From Chthoniobacterales bacterium (GTDB lineage: Bacteria; Verrucomicrobiota; Verrucomicrobiia; Chthoniobacterales; Chthoniobacteraceae), in assembly GCA_038207335.1 (NCBI GenBank), contig JBBQZX010000021.1:40909-104908 (forward strand): DNA of 64,000 nt, in the 5' to 3' direction. The notes beneath the pieces were generated by a model. It did not search any database. It was given only the letters and a program-made list of their open reading frames with translations, and was not told the origin of the DNA. Numbering within the stretch: the stretch's first letter is position 1; every line of letters begins with the position of its first letter. A program made the translations under genes and the position numbers. Of the stretch, positions 33,203-43,660 are shown one piece after another.

Positions 33203-36200
33203 CTATTTCCCTCTCACCGACTCGAGGTAGGCGAGGAGGGAGGCCAGTTCTTCGGGCGTGAAGGGCGCGAGCAGGCCTTCGGGCATGATCGACACCTCGC
33301 GCTTTCCCTGCGCCTTGATGTCGCCTTTCTCCAGCGTCACGGATTGGCCCGTGATGTTCCGCACGTCCAGCGAGTCGCCGCCGTCGCGCGTCACGAAGCC
33401 CTCGATGTGCTCACCCTTCTTTGTGTCGAACCACACGCTCTCGAACCCCTGCGCAATCTTCGCACTCGGTTTCAGGATCGACTCTGTGAGCTCCGGTCGC
33501 CCGTAGATTTTCGCCACCGCGGACAGGATCGGCCCCTTCGGCGGTTCATCGGGCGTGATCGTGTGGCACGCGATGCATCCGGCGCGCAGGAACATCTCCT
33601 TGCCCTTCACCGGGTCGCCGCCCTTCTGCACCGCCGCAAAAACCTCCTCATATTTCATCGTCCCGATCGTCATCGACTGCGAGCCCGTGTCCTTCAGTCC
33701 GAGGCTCTGGTAGGCGAAGAGCGCGGCTTCAGCCACCGCGTTGTTCGGGTCTTTCAGGTGCGCCGTCACCTGCGGGGCGAAAGCTGCGGCCCTTGTGTGC
33801 GCGATCACTCCGAGCAGTGCGGCGGCGGTTTCCGGCTTTGCCCACAGGCCGTCGAGCGCCTTCTGCGCGGCGGCGAGATCCTTCTTATCCGTCACCTTGC
33901 TACCCGCGAGATTCACCAGTACCGTCAGGCCGAGGTGCTGCTTTCCGGCGTCCTTCTCCGTCGCCAGTTTCGCGAAATCCCAGACGTGCTTTGCATTCCG
34001 CCCGTCGTGTGTGAATTCCTCCCACACCTGCGCCAGCGGCCCCGCGGGCGGCGACGTCGACGCCAGCGTCGCGAACGCATCCGCGCCCGCCTCGAACATC
34101 TCCTTGTTCTCCATCGACTTCTGGAAATCCCGCAGCGCACGCGAACGCAGTTCCGGCGTCTCCTTGGCGTTCGACGCGATCCCCGACAACGCCTTCAGCG
34201 CGTCCGCCGGTAGCGACTTGTCCCCGCGTACCAGCGCCTCGATCGCGCCCAGCTTCGCCGCCGTGTCGGTGCCCGCCTTCGCGAGCATGAGGTCCGTCAG
34301 CCCTGGAAAATCCACCTTTGTCTTCACGAGCGTCGCCACCAGCCACTTCGCTTCCTCCGCGTCGGTTTTGGAAAGTTCCGCCTTCATCGCCGCCTCGATC
34401 TTCTCAGAACCCGCCCACTTCTCGCCCTTGTAAACCGGCCCCGTCGTATCCGGCCGCGTCGTCCACCACTTCCCGTATTCGTAAGCTGTCTCCTTCTGAT
34501 CCAGCCGGCACAGCGCGTTCAGGATGCCGCGCCGCAGCGCCGGCTCCTTCGCTGAGGAAAGTCGCGCCAGCAGGCCATCGACCACCTTCACGTCGTAAAT
34601 CCCGTAGAGCGCGCGCAGCACGCCGGGCGCGGCCTTTTCGTCGGACGAACTCAGCGCCGCCAGGCACGCATCCGCCGCATTCATCGCCGACAGATACCGC
34701 ACCGCCACATGCGCGATCACCGGGTCCGTATCCCCCGTCAGCGGAATCATCGACCCCGCGGCCTCAATCTTCCCCAGCCGTCCGAGTGCCGTCACCGCCT
34801 GCAGGCGGACGTGCTCATTCTTATCCGAAAGCGCTGCCACCAGCGGTGCTGTCGGCACCTTCCCGGCCAGCCGCACATCGTCGCCCATCGCCTTCAGCGC
34901 GAATTCCCGCATCTCGTCGTCCTTCAGCAGCGCCGTCTCCAGCCCCAGAGTCTTCTCTCCGAACATCTGCGTCAGCGTGAAGAGCGCGGCGACGCGCACA
35001 TTGACCGGCGCGTGCATCTTTGCGATCTCTGCCAAGCCTTCCGACACTCCCGGGCGCGGCCCGCGTCGGAGCAATTCCCGTTGCGCCGTCTGGCGTAAAG
35101 TCGCGCTCTCCGACCCCACCAGCCGCACCAGCGCGAGATCATCCAGCTTCCCGAAATCCGGCACCGGCGCCGGCTTCGCGCCCTCTTTCACCAGTTCGAT
35201 CAAATATCCCGCATTCGGCCCTTCGTATTTAAACGTCGCCCCCTCCCAGCTCGAAACGTAGAGCCGCTGCGAGCCGTCCACATCCATGTCCGTCGGGCGC
35301 GTCATGGGCAGCCACTTCTCTTGCGGTGCCTTTTCATAGCCTGCGCCCAGCCGTTTCAGGTCGTGGTAGAAGATGCCGCCGGATCCCCATTCCACCGTGT
35401 ACAGCCCCTTCCGCAGCCCCGGCTCATCCAGCCAGAGCGACCCGCACGGAGAACCGCCGCCGAAATCCGTCAATGCCGGCACGATATCCTCCGGGAAATT
35501 CACAAACAAATTCGGATACCCCATGTGCGCTCCCATCGGGATAAAGCTCAGCCGGTCGTTCCAGCCGCCTCCGTCGTTCGTATTATCGCGGGTAAAGACC
35601 TCCAGCGTCGGGCTCACCGCCACGTCGTAGATATTCCGCTGCCCGCGCGACACGTATTCCAGCCCTGTGCCGTCCGTCCGCACCCGCACCACGCCGCCGC
35701 CCTTCATGTGTAGCGTATTGCCGTCCTTGCCCTTGGCCTCCAGCGCCCCGTAGTCGCCCACCGCGATGTAGATCCACCCATCGATCGCCAGCCGGCAGCC
35801 ATTCGTCGTATGATCCGCCCCGCGGAATTTCAGATCGAAGCCCAGCCCCTTGACCAAGTCCTCCTCCTTATCCGCCACCCCGTCTCCATCCGAGTCCGTA
35901 TAAACCGTCAGGTTTGGCGGATGCATCACGTACATACGCCCCGGCCCGGTCCCCGTAGCCCCGTCCCAAATCACCCCGCGCGGACTATCCATCTTGGCGA
36001 ATACCTTGAATTCATCCGCCACCCCATCCCCATCCTTATCGATACAGCGCAGCACCTTACCGCGATCCGGCTTTGCATCCAGCGAACCATTCTCATCGAT
36101 CGCGACAAAAAGCGTTCCATCCGCCGCCGCGCTCACGGAAGTCGGATACCCCACCTCCGGCGGTTTCGCAAAAAGCGTCCCCTTGAAGCCCTCGGGGATC

Positions 36201-36319
36201 TTCACACTCTTCGGCAGGTCCGCCCCCAGCGCGGCAGTCGAGAGCAGGAGCGCAGGCAGCACAGCGGGCAGCAGGAGCGCTTGGAGGGAGAGCATGGGGA
36301 GTTTCGGACGGCGGTTCAT
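33203..36319 (-). CDS. PVC-type heme-binding protein (dehydrogenase-like propeller, HEAT repeats, cytochrome c)
   Basis: Signal peptide, DKDGDGVAD, DNTNDGGGW, HEAT-like repeats, GDPVKGKEMF...CIACH...SIMPEGL. Confidence 0.9.
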   Translation of the reverse strand: MNRRPKLPMLSLQALLLPAVLPALLLSTAALGADLPKSVKIPEGFKGTLFAKPPEVGYPTSVSAAADGTLFVAIDENGSLDAKPDRGKVLRCIDKDGDGVADEFKVFAKMDSPRGVIWDGATGTGPGRMYVMHPPNLTVYTDSDGDGVADKEEDLVKGLGFDLKFRGADHTTNGCRLAIDGWIYIAVGDYGALEAKGKDGNTLHMKGGGVVRVRTDGTGLEYVSRGQRNIYDVAVSPTLEVFTRDNTNDGGGWNDRLSFIPMGAHMGYPNLFVNFPEDIVPALTDFGGGSPCGSLWLDEPGLRKGLYTVEWGSGGIFYHDLKRLGAGYEKAPQEKWLPMTRPTDMDVDGSQRLYVSSWEGATFKYEGPNAGYLIELVKEGAKPAPVPDFGKLDDLALVRLVGSESATLRQTAQRELLRRGPRPGVSEGLAEIAKMHAPVNVRVAALFTLTQMFGEKTLGLETALLKDDEMREFALKAMGDDVRLAGKVPTAPLVAALSDKNEHVRLQAVTALGRLGKIEAAGSMIPLTGDTDPVIAHVAVRYLSAMNAADACLAALSSSDEKAAPGVLRALYGIYDVKVVDGLLARLSSAKEPALRRGILNALCRLDQKETAYEYGKWWTTRPDTTGPVYKGEKWAGSEKIEAAMKAELSKTDAEEAKWLVATLVKTKVDFPGLTDLMLAKAGTDTAAKLGAIEALVRGDKSLPADALKALSGIASNAKETPELRSRALRDFQKSMENKEMFEAGADAFATLASTSPPAGPLAQVWEEFTHDGRNAKHVWDFAKLATEKDAGKQHLGLTVLVNLAGSKVTDKKDLAAAQKALDGLWAKPETAAALLGVIAHTRAAAFAPQVTAHLKDPNNAVAEAALFAYQSLGLKDTGSQSMTIGTMKYEEVFAAVQKGGDPVKGKEMFLRAGCIACHTITPDEPPKGPILSAVAKIYGRPELTESILKPSAKIAQGFESVWFDTKKGEHIEGFVTRDGGDSLDVRNITGQSVTLEKGDIKAQGKREVSIMPEGLLAPFTPEELASLLAYLESVRGK

Positions 36320-36688
36320 ATCGGTGTGAAAGTCGGAGTTTGAGCCCCGCACAATCCCATGGCGAGCCCCGAGCTTAGTCCTCGCGGAAAAAAGGCAGCG
36401 GGCCGACTTTTGCCGGAGCTCCACCTCCCGCCAGGCAAGCGTGGCCTGTCAGAGCTCCGAAATGAGGCGTGAGGAAGTGTAATTACTCTGGAAATCGGCT
36501 TGCTGACGGCGTCAAAAAACGGAGAGCCCGAAGTGACGACCGGACACCAGTTTGCCTCGACTGGATCCAGTCTGGCCTGAGCAGAAGACACGGAATGGAG
36601 AGCGGACGCCAGTCTGGTTATGCCGGACGCCAGTTTTCCTGCAAAGGACGGTAGTTTGTTCCAAAGGAGCGCCCTTTTGTCGCGCCTA

Positions 36689-36717
36689 CCGTCCCCGAGC
36701 GGGAGATTGGGGACGAG
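36689..36717. repeat. REP-like palindrome followed by a second hairpin
   Basis: cgtccccgagcgggagattggggacg; next hairpin cgctgggcggacgg-aaag-ccgtcccatccagcg at ~36721-36753. Confidence 0.45.
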
Positions 36718-36942
36718 GGACGCTGGGCGGACGGAAAGCCGTCCCATCCAGCGCACCCCGCGCGGTCCGGTTACGATTCCGCGGGGATCATCGATCCCGG
36801 CTAGAGGCGTTTCGTGGGAATTCGCGGTTGACGTGGTGCAGGGGCGCGCTTAGCAAGAAAGGTGTCTTTTTTCTCTCCCCAGAGAACGATCCAGCGTTCC
36901 AGCGATACTCTGTCCCGCTCGCTCGTGTTCCCGATTCGTCCT

Positions 36943-39900
36943 ATGAAAAAATCTCTCGGCAACTTCACCCCGGCGATGGTCGGGAAGCGCTCACTTTCAC
37001 TGGCGGCGGCGGTGGCCGCGATGCTGGGAGGCGTGCGGGACTCGCGGGGGCAGACGAGTGGGACTTTTACCTTCTCGGGAAATCTAGGGGCGGGGGACTC
37101 TGATGCGCTGGTGGGGCTGGATACGAGTAAGACGTATCTGGATGCGTATAACTTCGGGATCGGGGCGGGGAATGTGACGGTGAATGGGGTGACTTTCACG
37201 GGGGTGGCTGGGACGAATCCCGCGGTGGGCGGGATTTTCTCGACGACGGGGCTGGGGAATCAGAACGCCGGGGTGGGAGCGGTGCCGGGGGGGCAGCTCG
37301 GACTGGTGACGACGGGCTTCGTGTATGGGGCGACGACGGTACCGGAGGTTTTCACGCTGAGCAATCTGACGGTGGGGCAGTCGTATGTCGTGAGCTTTTA
37401 CAACAAGGTGTGGGACGCTGCGGCACGGACGCAAAACTTGTCGGCGGGCGGGGCCTCGACGGCGTCGGGGGCGGCTTACGATGAGAATACATCGGGGGTG
37501 GTGGGGAATCTGAATATCCTGCGTTACACATTCCTGGCGTCGGCTCCGACGCAGACGGTGTCGTTTGCGGCGCAGGTGTCGAATACGACGAATCACCAGT
37601 ACGGGTTCACGCTGGAGCAGACTTTCAACAATATCTGGGTGAGCGGGAATACGTGGACGACGTCGGTGTGGGGCGGCGGGGCGGCGACGGCGCCGAATTC
37701 GGCGGGGTCGAATGGGTATTTCGGACCGCAGGGAACGCCGACGACGATCGATCTGGATGCGGACCGGACGGTGGGGCATTTGCAGTTCGAGGGGACGAAT
37801 GCGTGGACGGTGAGCAGTGTGGGGGGGAAGACGCTGACACTGCAGGCGGATGTGGGCGGTGCCTCGACGCTGAGCGCGCTGTCGGGCTCGCATACGATCG
37901 CGCCGAATATCACGCTTTTATCTCCGACGCTGCTGAAGGTGGGCGACGGAAAGCTGACGCTGAGCGGGAATATCGCGGGCGGGACGAACGGGGTGACGGT
38001 GGGCGGGGGAACGCTGGCGCTGACGGGGGTGAATGATTACCGCGGGGAGACGATCATCGGGAGCGGGACGCTGGAGGTGACGACGGTGTCGGACTACGGA
38101 GTTGCGAGTGGGATCGGGAGCCGGGCGCTGGCGGACGAGAATACGACGCTGACTGGCGTGGGGCTGCATTTCATGGGGGGGACGCTGCGGTTTGTGGGGA
38201 CGACGCCGCAGAGCACGAACCGGAATATCCGGGTGCTGAACGGGCCGAACGGTGGGACGATCGATGCGTCGGGGACGAATCCGGCGGCGACGCTGAGCTT
38301 CACGAAGACGGGGGCGAATATTAACCTCTTCGACACTGGCGGGACACGGACTTTAACGCTGACGGGAAGCAACAAGGGGGATAATGGGTTTTCGATCCCG
38401 CTGATCAATCAGGCGGCTTTTGCGACGAGCCTGACGAAGTCCGGGGCGGGGACGTGGGTGCTGAACGGGCCGGATGTGAACAGCGCGACGGGGACAACGC
38501 TGGTGACAGGCGGGCTCTTGAAGCTGGCGAAGACGGCGGTGTCGGCGGTGAGCGGGCCGCTGAGCATCGGCGACGGGACGGCACCGGCGGCGGTGGAGCT
38601 GGGAGGGACGGGGGGCAATCAGGTCGCTGATGGATCGCTGGTGACACTCGCGGGGAGCGGAGTGAATGCGGGAGCCCTGAGGGTGAAGGATACAGCAGAG
38701 ACGCTGGGCGGGCTGAGCAGTGTGGGCGGGGCGGGAATCGTAGAAAATGAAGGGACGGCGACGGGGACGCTGACGCTCAATGTGGCGGCGACGCAGGCAT
38801 TCAGCGGGGTGCTGCGCGACGGCGACGGCGTGGGCTCGGACGGTGTGCTGGCTTTGGCAAAAACCGGCGTGGGGACGCAGACGCTGTCGGGCAACAACAC
38901 CTATTCGGGCCTGACGACGGTGTCGGCGGGCGTGTTGGATTTGCAAAGCGGGAACGCGCTGGGCTCGACGGTTGCCGGGACGACGGTGGCGACGAATGTG
39001 GCGCTGCAGCTCAGCGGCGGAATCGCGGTGGGGGCGGAGACGCTGTCGATTGTGGGCGGCGGCATTGTGAATACCGGTGCGATCCGCAATCTTTCGGGGA
39101 ACAATTCGTGGGCGGGGACGATCACGCTGACGGGTCAGACGCGGTTTGTGTCGGATGCGGGGTCGCTGACGCTGGGCGGAGTGACTGGGGCGCAGAATTT
39201 GATCTTGAGCGGAGCGGGGGACGTCGTGCTCGGCGGGCCGATCACGCTGGGGATCGGATTTATTTCAAAGGATAACCTCGTCGGTGGTGGGACCGGTGCG
39301 CTGACACTGAGCGGCGCGAATACCTACAGCGGAGCGACAATGGTGACGGCTGGGACACTGCGGCTGGATTACACGACGCAGGATAATTCCAAGCTGTCGG
39401 ACACCGCGGCGCTGGTGCTAGGCGGGGTGCCGGTCGTGCTGACCGGCGGATCGCACGCGGAGGTAGTCGGCTCGACGACGCTGAACGCTGGAACGGCAAG
39501 TTCGCTGAGCAGGTCGAGTGGGACCGCGGTGCTGCAACTCGGCACGGTGACTGTGGGAGCCGGAGCGAGGCTGAATGTCAGCGCGGATAACATCGCGACG
39601 ACGAACAACCTGAACTCCGATGGCCTGCTGCTCGGATTCCGCGTGGGGAATTCATTCGCGGTGAACGGGACGAACTCGCCGGGTGGAGCGATCGTGGCTT
39701 TTACCGGATACACGAACGTGAACCGAATGGGCGGCACGATCCCGAACGGCGCAGGGACGGTCGCGCGAATCGTGGAAGGTGGTGCGGGTGGAAATGTGAC
39801 GCTCGGAGCACCGTCGACTTTGATCGATGCGCTGCAAGTGGACGCAACCGGAGCGACGACGATCGCGCCGACGAGCCCCGGAGACATCTTGTCGATCGGA

Positions 39901-42381
39901 GGAGAAACTAGCGGTGTCATATGGCATCAGGCGACAGCGGGGGGATTGACGATCGGGGCGACTCCGAATGACGGGGTGCTGACCACGGGTGCCACAGATA
40001 ATGGCGGGACCCCTGTCTTGAGCATCTCCAACGACAGCGTGACCAAGGCGGTGACGATCAACTCCGTGATCGCGAACAACGGGTCTGAAATAATCGGTGT
40101 GACGAAAACCGACGCAGGGACGGCAGTGCTGACTGCGAACAACACGTTCGGCGGAATCCTGTCGGCATCCGGTGGCACGCTCATTCTGACAGGAAACAAC
40201 GCCGCGCGGCCGACGGGACTGAGCGGGGCGACGACCGTGACCTCTGGCGGAACGCTGCAATTGCAGGCGAACGCGGGGAACACGGCGGCGGGAATCTCGA
40301 CGGTGCTCGGTAGCGAGCAGACGGCCAACCAGCCGTTCGTATTGAGCTCCGGCGGCACGCTCCAGCTCCGGAGCGACAGCGCGGTGACCTTCGCCGGCGG
40401 CAATAACTTCGGCGGTCTCGGCAGTGCGACGGTGACCATCGACGTGAATCAACTCACTGGTCCTAGCACGGGCAATACGCTCACGTTCGCGCCGGGCGGA
40501 CTCGCAGTGAACACGACGACCCTCAACATCACAGGCGGGAACGGATACAAACTCAGCATCGGCGCAATCGGCAATGGCTTAGCCAACGCCACGCTCACGC
40601 TCAACCCGACCACCGCGGGATTGATCGTCGCGGGCTACACGCCGACCGTTGCCACGACTCTCGCCCTCACCGGCACGGCTGCGGGCAATATGATCACGGG
40701 CGCGGTCACCAATGCGACCACCATCACAAAGACCGGCAGCAGCACGTGGGAACTCGCCGGTGCCAATACGAGCACCGGAGCGATCACTGTCTCAGGCGGC
40801 ACGCTGACCCTCTCGGGCGCAAAAACCGGCGCTTCGGGCGCGATTACGGTCGCCAATGTTGCCGGAACGGATGCCACGCTGAATATTTCGAACGGGGCGT
40901 ATGCGCTGGGCGCGGCGAATTTTTTCGTAGCTAGCGCCGCGACGACTCCGGCGATGGGCACGGTGACCCAAAGCGGTGGTTCCGTTTCGTTTACGAGTGG
41001 AAACGGGCTGCTCATCGGAAATGGCGGCATTGCGAACACAGGCACATACAACCTCACGGGCGGAAGCGTTACCACGTTCGCCAGCGGCACACGGGGCGTA
41101 ATGCTCGGCGTGAACGTCAATGCCATCGCGAACTTCAACCTCGGCGGCACCGGCTTTCTGAATATGACTGCTGCATCGGGAGGCGGCGGGGATGCTCTTC
41201 TTCAGATTGGCCGGTCGGACTCAACGACGAACGCCACGACGAATACTTTCACCCAGACCGGCGGCACGGCGAACGTGGGAATCCTCACCCTCGGCGGCAG
41301 CGCGGGCGGCAGCTCTACGGTAGTTTCCGCGTTGACGCTGAATGGTGGCATTTTTGCGGCGAATCAATTTACGAAGCTGGCTGCCGGCAACACCAACACC
41401 GCTGTCATCAACATCGGCGGCACGGCTGACGTCACGCTCCCCTTCTTCCCGACAGCGCGCGGCACCGGTTCCACCGTCACGCTTAATTTCGATGGAGGCA
41501 CCCTCCGCCCGCTCGCGGCGAGCACCAGCTACATCGGCGGACTGACGAATGCGTTCATCGCGGCGGGCGGCGCGACTTTCGACGTGCCGACGGGGAGGGA
41601 CATCACGATCACGCAGAACCTCCTGACAAGCACAACATCGAGCGGAGGAGGGTTGACGAAGTCCGGCGTGGGCGCACTGACGCTCACCGGGACCGAGACA
41701 TACACGGGACCGACGCGAGTCACGGGCGGTTCGCTCGTGCTGACGGGCTCCATCGCGGCGTCTTCGGGCGTGGCGATTTCCGGGGGCGCGAACTTCGATG
41801 TGAATGGACTCGGCGGGGGCTTCACGCTCGCCAGTGGGCGCACGCTCTCGGGCGGCACGGGTGCGAGCACCGGAACGGTGGCGGGTACGGTGAACGCAGC
41901 CGCGGGCGCGACCGTGGCTCCCGGACTCGGCGCGGGCGCGACTGGAAGGCTGTCGGTCTCAAACGGCTTCTCCCTCGCCTCGACGGCGCACCTTTCCCTC
42001 GATCTGAACGGCGCGGCGGCGGGGACGGGCTACGATCAACTCGCTGTGAACGCAGGAAATATCAGCCTCGCGGGCGACCTCGCGGGCTCGACGCTCACGT
42101 TTGTCCCGGCGTTCACGGACGTATTTTTCATCATCCTGAACAATGGCATCGGCACGACCGCGGGCACGCTGAACGGCGTGGCAGAAGGCGGTACGGTGAC
42201 GATCGGCGCGCAGAACTTCAAGATCACTTACGCGGCCGATTCCGTGGCGACGAATGCCGGGAACTTTGGCGGCGCGTTGGGCAACGACGTGGCGCTGCTG
42301 GCAGTGCCTGAGCCGGGAGTGATCGTCTCGCTGCTCGGCGGAATGGGACTGCTCCTAGGCCTCCGGCGTCGGCGGGCGTGA
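36943..42381 (+). CDS. Large PEP-CTERM protein with autotransporter-associated beta-strand repeats
   Basis: Many KxGxGTxxLxGxNTYxGxTxVxxGxL repeats; C-terminal VPEPGVIVSLLGGMGLLLGLRRRRA; no beta-barrel. Confidence 0.93.
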   Translation: MKKSLGNFTPAMVGKRSLSLAAAVAAMLGGVRDSRGQTSGTFTFSGNLGAGDSDALVGLDTSKTYLDAYNFGIGAGNVTVNGVTFTGVAGTNPAVGGIFSTTGLGNQNAGVGAVPGGQLGLVTTGFVYGATTVPEVFTLSNLTVGQSYVVSFYNKVWDAAARTQNLSAGGASTASGAAYDENTSGVVGNLNILRYTFLASAPTQTVSFAAQVSNTTNHQYGFTLEQTFNNIWVSGNTWTTSVWGGGAATAPNSAGSNGYFGPQGTPTTIDLDADRTVGHLQFEGTNAWTVSSVGGKTLTLQADVGGASTLSALSGSHTIAPNITLLSPTLLKVGDGKLTLSGNIAGGTNGVTVGGGTLALTGVNDYRGETIIGSGTLEVTTVSDYGVASGIGSRALADENTTLTGVGLHFMGGTLRFVGTTPQSTNRNIRVLNGPNGGTIDASGTNPAATLSFTKTGANINLFDTGGTRTLTLTGSNKGDNGFSIPLINQAAFATSLTKSGAGTWVLNGPDVNSATGTTLVTGGLLKLAKTAVSAVSGPLSIGDGTAPAAVELGGTGGNQVADGSLVTLAGSGVNAGALRVKDTAETLGGLSSVGGAGIVENEGTATGTLTLNVAATQAFSGVLRDGDGVGSDGVLALAKTGVGTQTLSGNNTYSGLTTVSAGVLDLQSGNALGSTVAGTTVATNVALQLSGGIAVGAETLSIVGGGIVNTGAIRNLSGNNSWAGTITLTGQTRFVSDAGSLTLGGVTGAQNLILSGAGDVVLGGPITLGIGFISKDNLVGGGTGALTLSGANTYSGATMVTAGTLRLDYTTQDNSKLSDTAALVLGGVPVVLTGGSHAEVVGSTTLNAGTASSLSRSSGTAVLQLGTVTVGAGARLNVSADNIATTNNLNSDGLLLGFRVGNSFAVNGTNSPGGAIVAFTGYTNVNRMGGTIPNGAGTVARIVEGGAGGNVTLGAPSTLIDALQVDATGATTIAPTSPGDILSIGGETSGVIWHQATAGGLTIGATPNDGVLTTGATDNGGTPVLSISNDSVTKAVTINSVIANNGSEIIGVTKTDAGTAVLTANNTFGGILSASGGTLILTGNNAARPTGLSGATTVTSGGTLQLQANAGNTAAGISTVLGSEQTANQPFVLSSGGTLQLRSDSAVTFAGGNNFGGLGSATVTIDVNQLTGPSTGNTLTFAPGGLAVNTTTLNITGGNGYKLSIGAIGNGLANATLTLNPTTAGLIVAGYTPTVATTLALTGTAAGNMITGAVTNATTITKTGSSTWELAGANTSTGAITVSGGTLTLSGAKTGASGAITVANVAGTDATLNISNGAYALGAANFFVASAATTPAMGTVTQSGGSVSFTSGNGLLIGNGGIANTGTYNLTGGSVTTFASGTRGVMLGVNVNAIANFNLGGTGFLNMTAASGGGGDALLQIGRSDSTTNATTNTFTQTGGTANVGILTLGGSAGGSSTVVSALTLNGGIFAANQFTKLAAGNTNTAVINIGGTADVTLPFFPTARGTGSTVTLNFDGGTLRPLAASTSYIGGLTNAFIAAGGATFDVPTGRDITITQNLLTSTTSSGGGLTKSGVGALTLTGTETYTGPTRVTGGSLVLTGSIAASSGVAISGGANFDVNGLGGGFTLASGRTLSGGTGASTGTVAGTVNAAAGATVAPGLGAGATGRLSVSNGFSLASTAHLSLDLNGAAAGTGYDQLAVNAGNISLAGDLAGSTLTFVPAFTDVFFIILNNGIGTTAGTLNGVAEGGTVTIGAQNFKITYAADSVATNAGNFGGALGNDVALLAVPEPGVIVSLLGGMGLLLGLRRRRA

Positions 42382-42466
42382 CACGGCGATGAGCGGTCGG
42401 CAAATCTGAAAATCCCGTGCGCGCGGGGCTTGAAATGCGCCTGCGGAAATGGGTAGGCTTCCGGGC

Positions 42467-43636
42467 ATGTCCACAGAAACTGCTCCTGCTCCGACGGCGC
42501 CCGTTTACTCAAACAAAAATCCCTTTCCGGCGCGGCACCCGGTCAATGTGAAGCTCACGGGCGGCGGGTCGGAGAAAGACACGCGGCATCATGAAATCTC
42601 GCTGGAAGGGTCGGGACTTAAGTATCTGGCGGGCGACGCGCTGGGCCTGCAGGTGACGAATTGCCCGGCGCTCGTGGAGGAGGTGATCGCGGCGCTCGGA
42701 GCCTCGGGCGATGAGCTGGTCCCGGGACGCGATGGGGCGCCGAAGCCCCTGCGGGCTGCGCTGTTTTCGGATTACGCGATCACGTTCACGGAGAAGAAAT
42801 TCCTTGAGCTGGCGTCGGAGAAAGGCGCGCCTGAACTCAAGGCTCTATTGGCGGTGGAGAAGGCGGAGGATTTAAAAAAATACCTGACGGGGAAAGGGAC
42901 GTGCCACGATTACGTGGATATTTTGAAGGAGTTTCCGGGGCTGAAAGTGACGCCGGAGGAGTTCGTGAAAGTGCTGCGGAAGCTGCCGCCGCGGCTTTAC
43001 TCGATCGCGTCGAGCCTGATGGCGCATCCGGAGAGCGTGCATCTGACGGTGGCGACCGTGCGTTACGACTCGAATGGGCGCGGGCGCAAAGGCGTGGCGT
43101 CCACTTTTCTCGCGGAACGATGGGAGGGAGAGACGACGGCAGGAGTGTTTTTGCAGTCGCAGCAGAAGCACTTTTTCCTGCCGCCGGATGGGCAGACGCC
43201 GATCATCATGGTCGGTCCAGGGACAGGTGTTGCGCCGTTTCGCGCTTTTCTCGAAGAGCGTGAGGCGATGGGGCACAAAGGGCGCAATTGGCTGTTCTTC
43301 GGCGAGCAGCGGCGCGGGGAGGATTTCTTTTACGAGGACCAGTTCACAAAGTGGATGCAGGACGGGTTTCTGCGGATGGATACGGCATTTTCGCGGGATC
43401 AGACGGAGAAGATTTATGTGCAGCATCGCGTCGAGCAGAACGGCACGGACCTCTGGAAATGGCTGGAGGAAGGTGCGGATTTTTTCGTCTGCGGCGACAA
43501 GACGCGGATGGCCACGGACGTGGACAACGCGCTGCATCGCGTGATCGAAAAGAAAGGCGGCAAGACGCCGGAGCAGGCGAAGGAATACGTGGAGGCGATG
43601 AAGAAGGCCAAACGCTACAAGCGGGACGTTTATTGA
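42467..43636 (+). CDS. Sulfite reductase flavoprotein (CysJ-like) FAD/NADPH module without a flavodoxin domain
   Basis: YSNKNPFPA, RLYSIASS, GVASTFL, MVGPGTGVAPFR, AFSRDQ, YVQHR, RYKRDVY. Confidence 0.88.
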   Translation: MSTETAPAPTAPVYSNKNPFPARHPVNVKLTGGGSEKDTRHHEISLEGSGLKYLAGDALGLQVTNCPALVEEVIAALGASGDELVPGRDGAPKPLRAALFSDYAITFTEKKFLELASEKGAPELKALLAVEKAEDLKKYLTGKGTCHDYVDILKEFPGLKVTPEEFVKVLRKLPPRLYSIASSLMAHPESVHLTVATVRYDSNGRGRKGVASTFLAERWEGETTAGVFLQSQQKHFFLPPDGQTPIIMVGPGTGVAPFRAFLEEREAMGHKGRNWLFFGEQRRGEDFFYEDQFTKWMQDGFLRMDTAFSRDQTEKIYVQHRVEQNGTDLWKWLEEGADFFVCGDKTRMATDVDNALHRVIEKKGGKTPEQAKEYVEAMKKAKRYKRDVY

Positions 43637-43660
43637 GTCACCATGCGCTCGATTTTACCG

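Noticed and set aside
36943..42381. Type V autotransporter
   Set aside because: Passenger-type repeats are present, but it ends in PEP-CTERM with no beta-barrel
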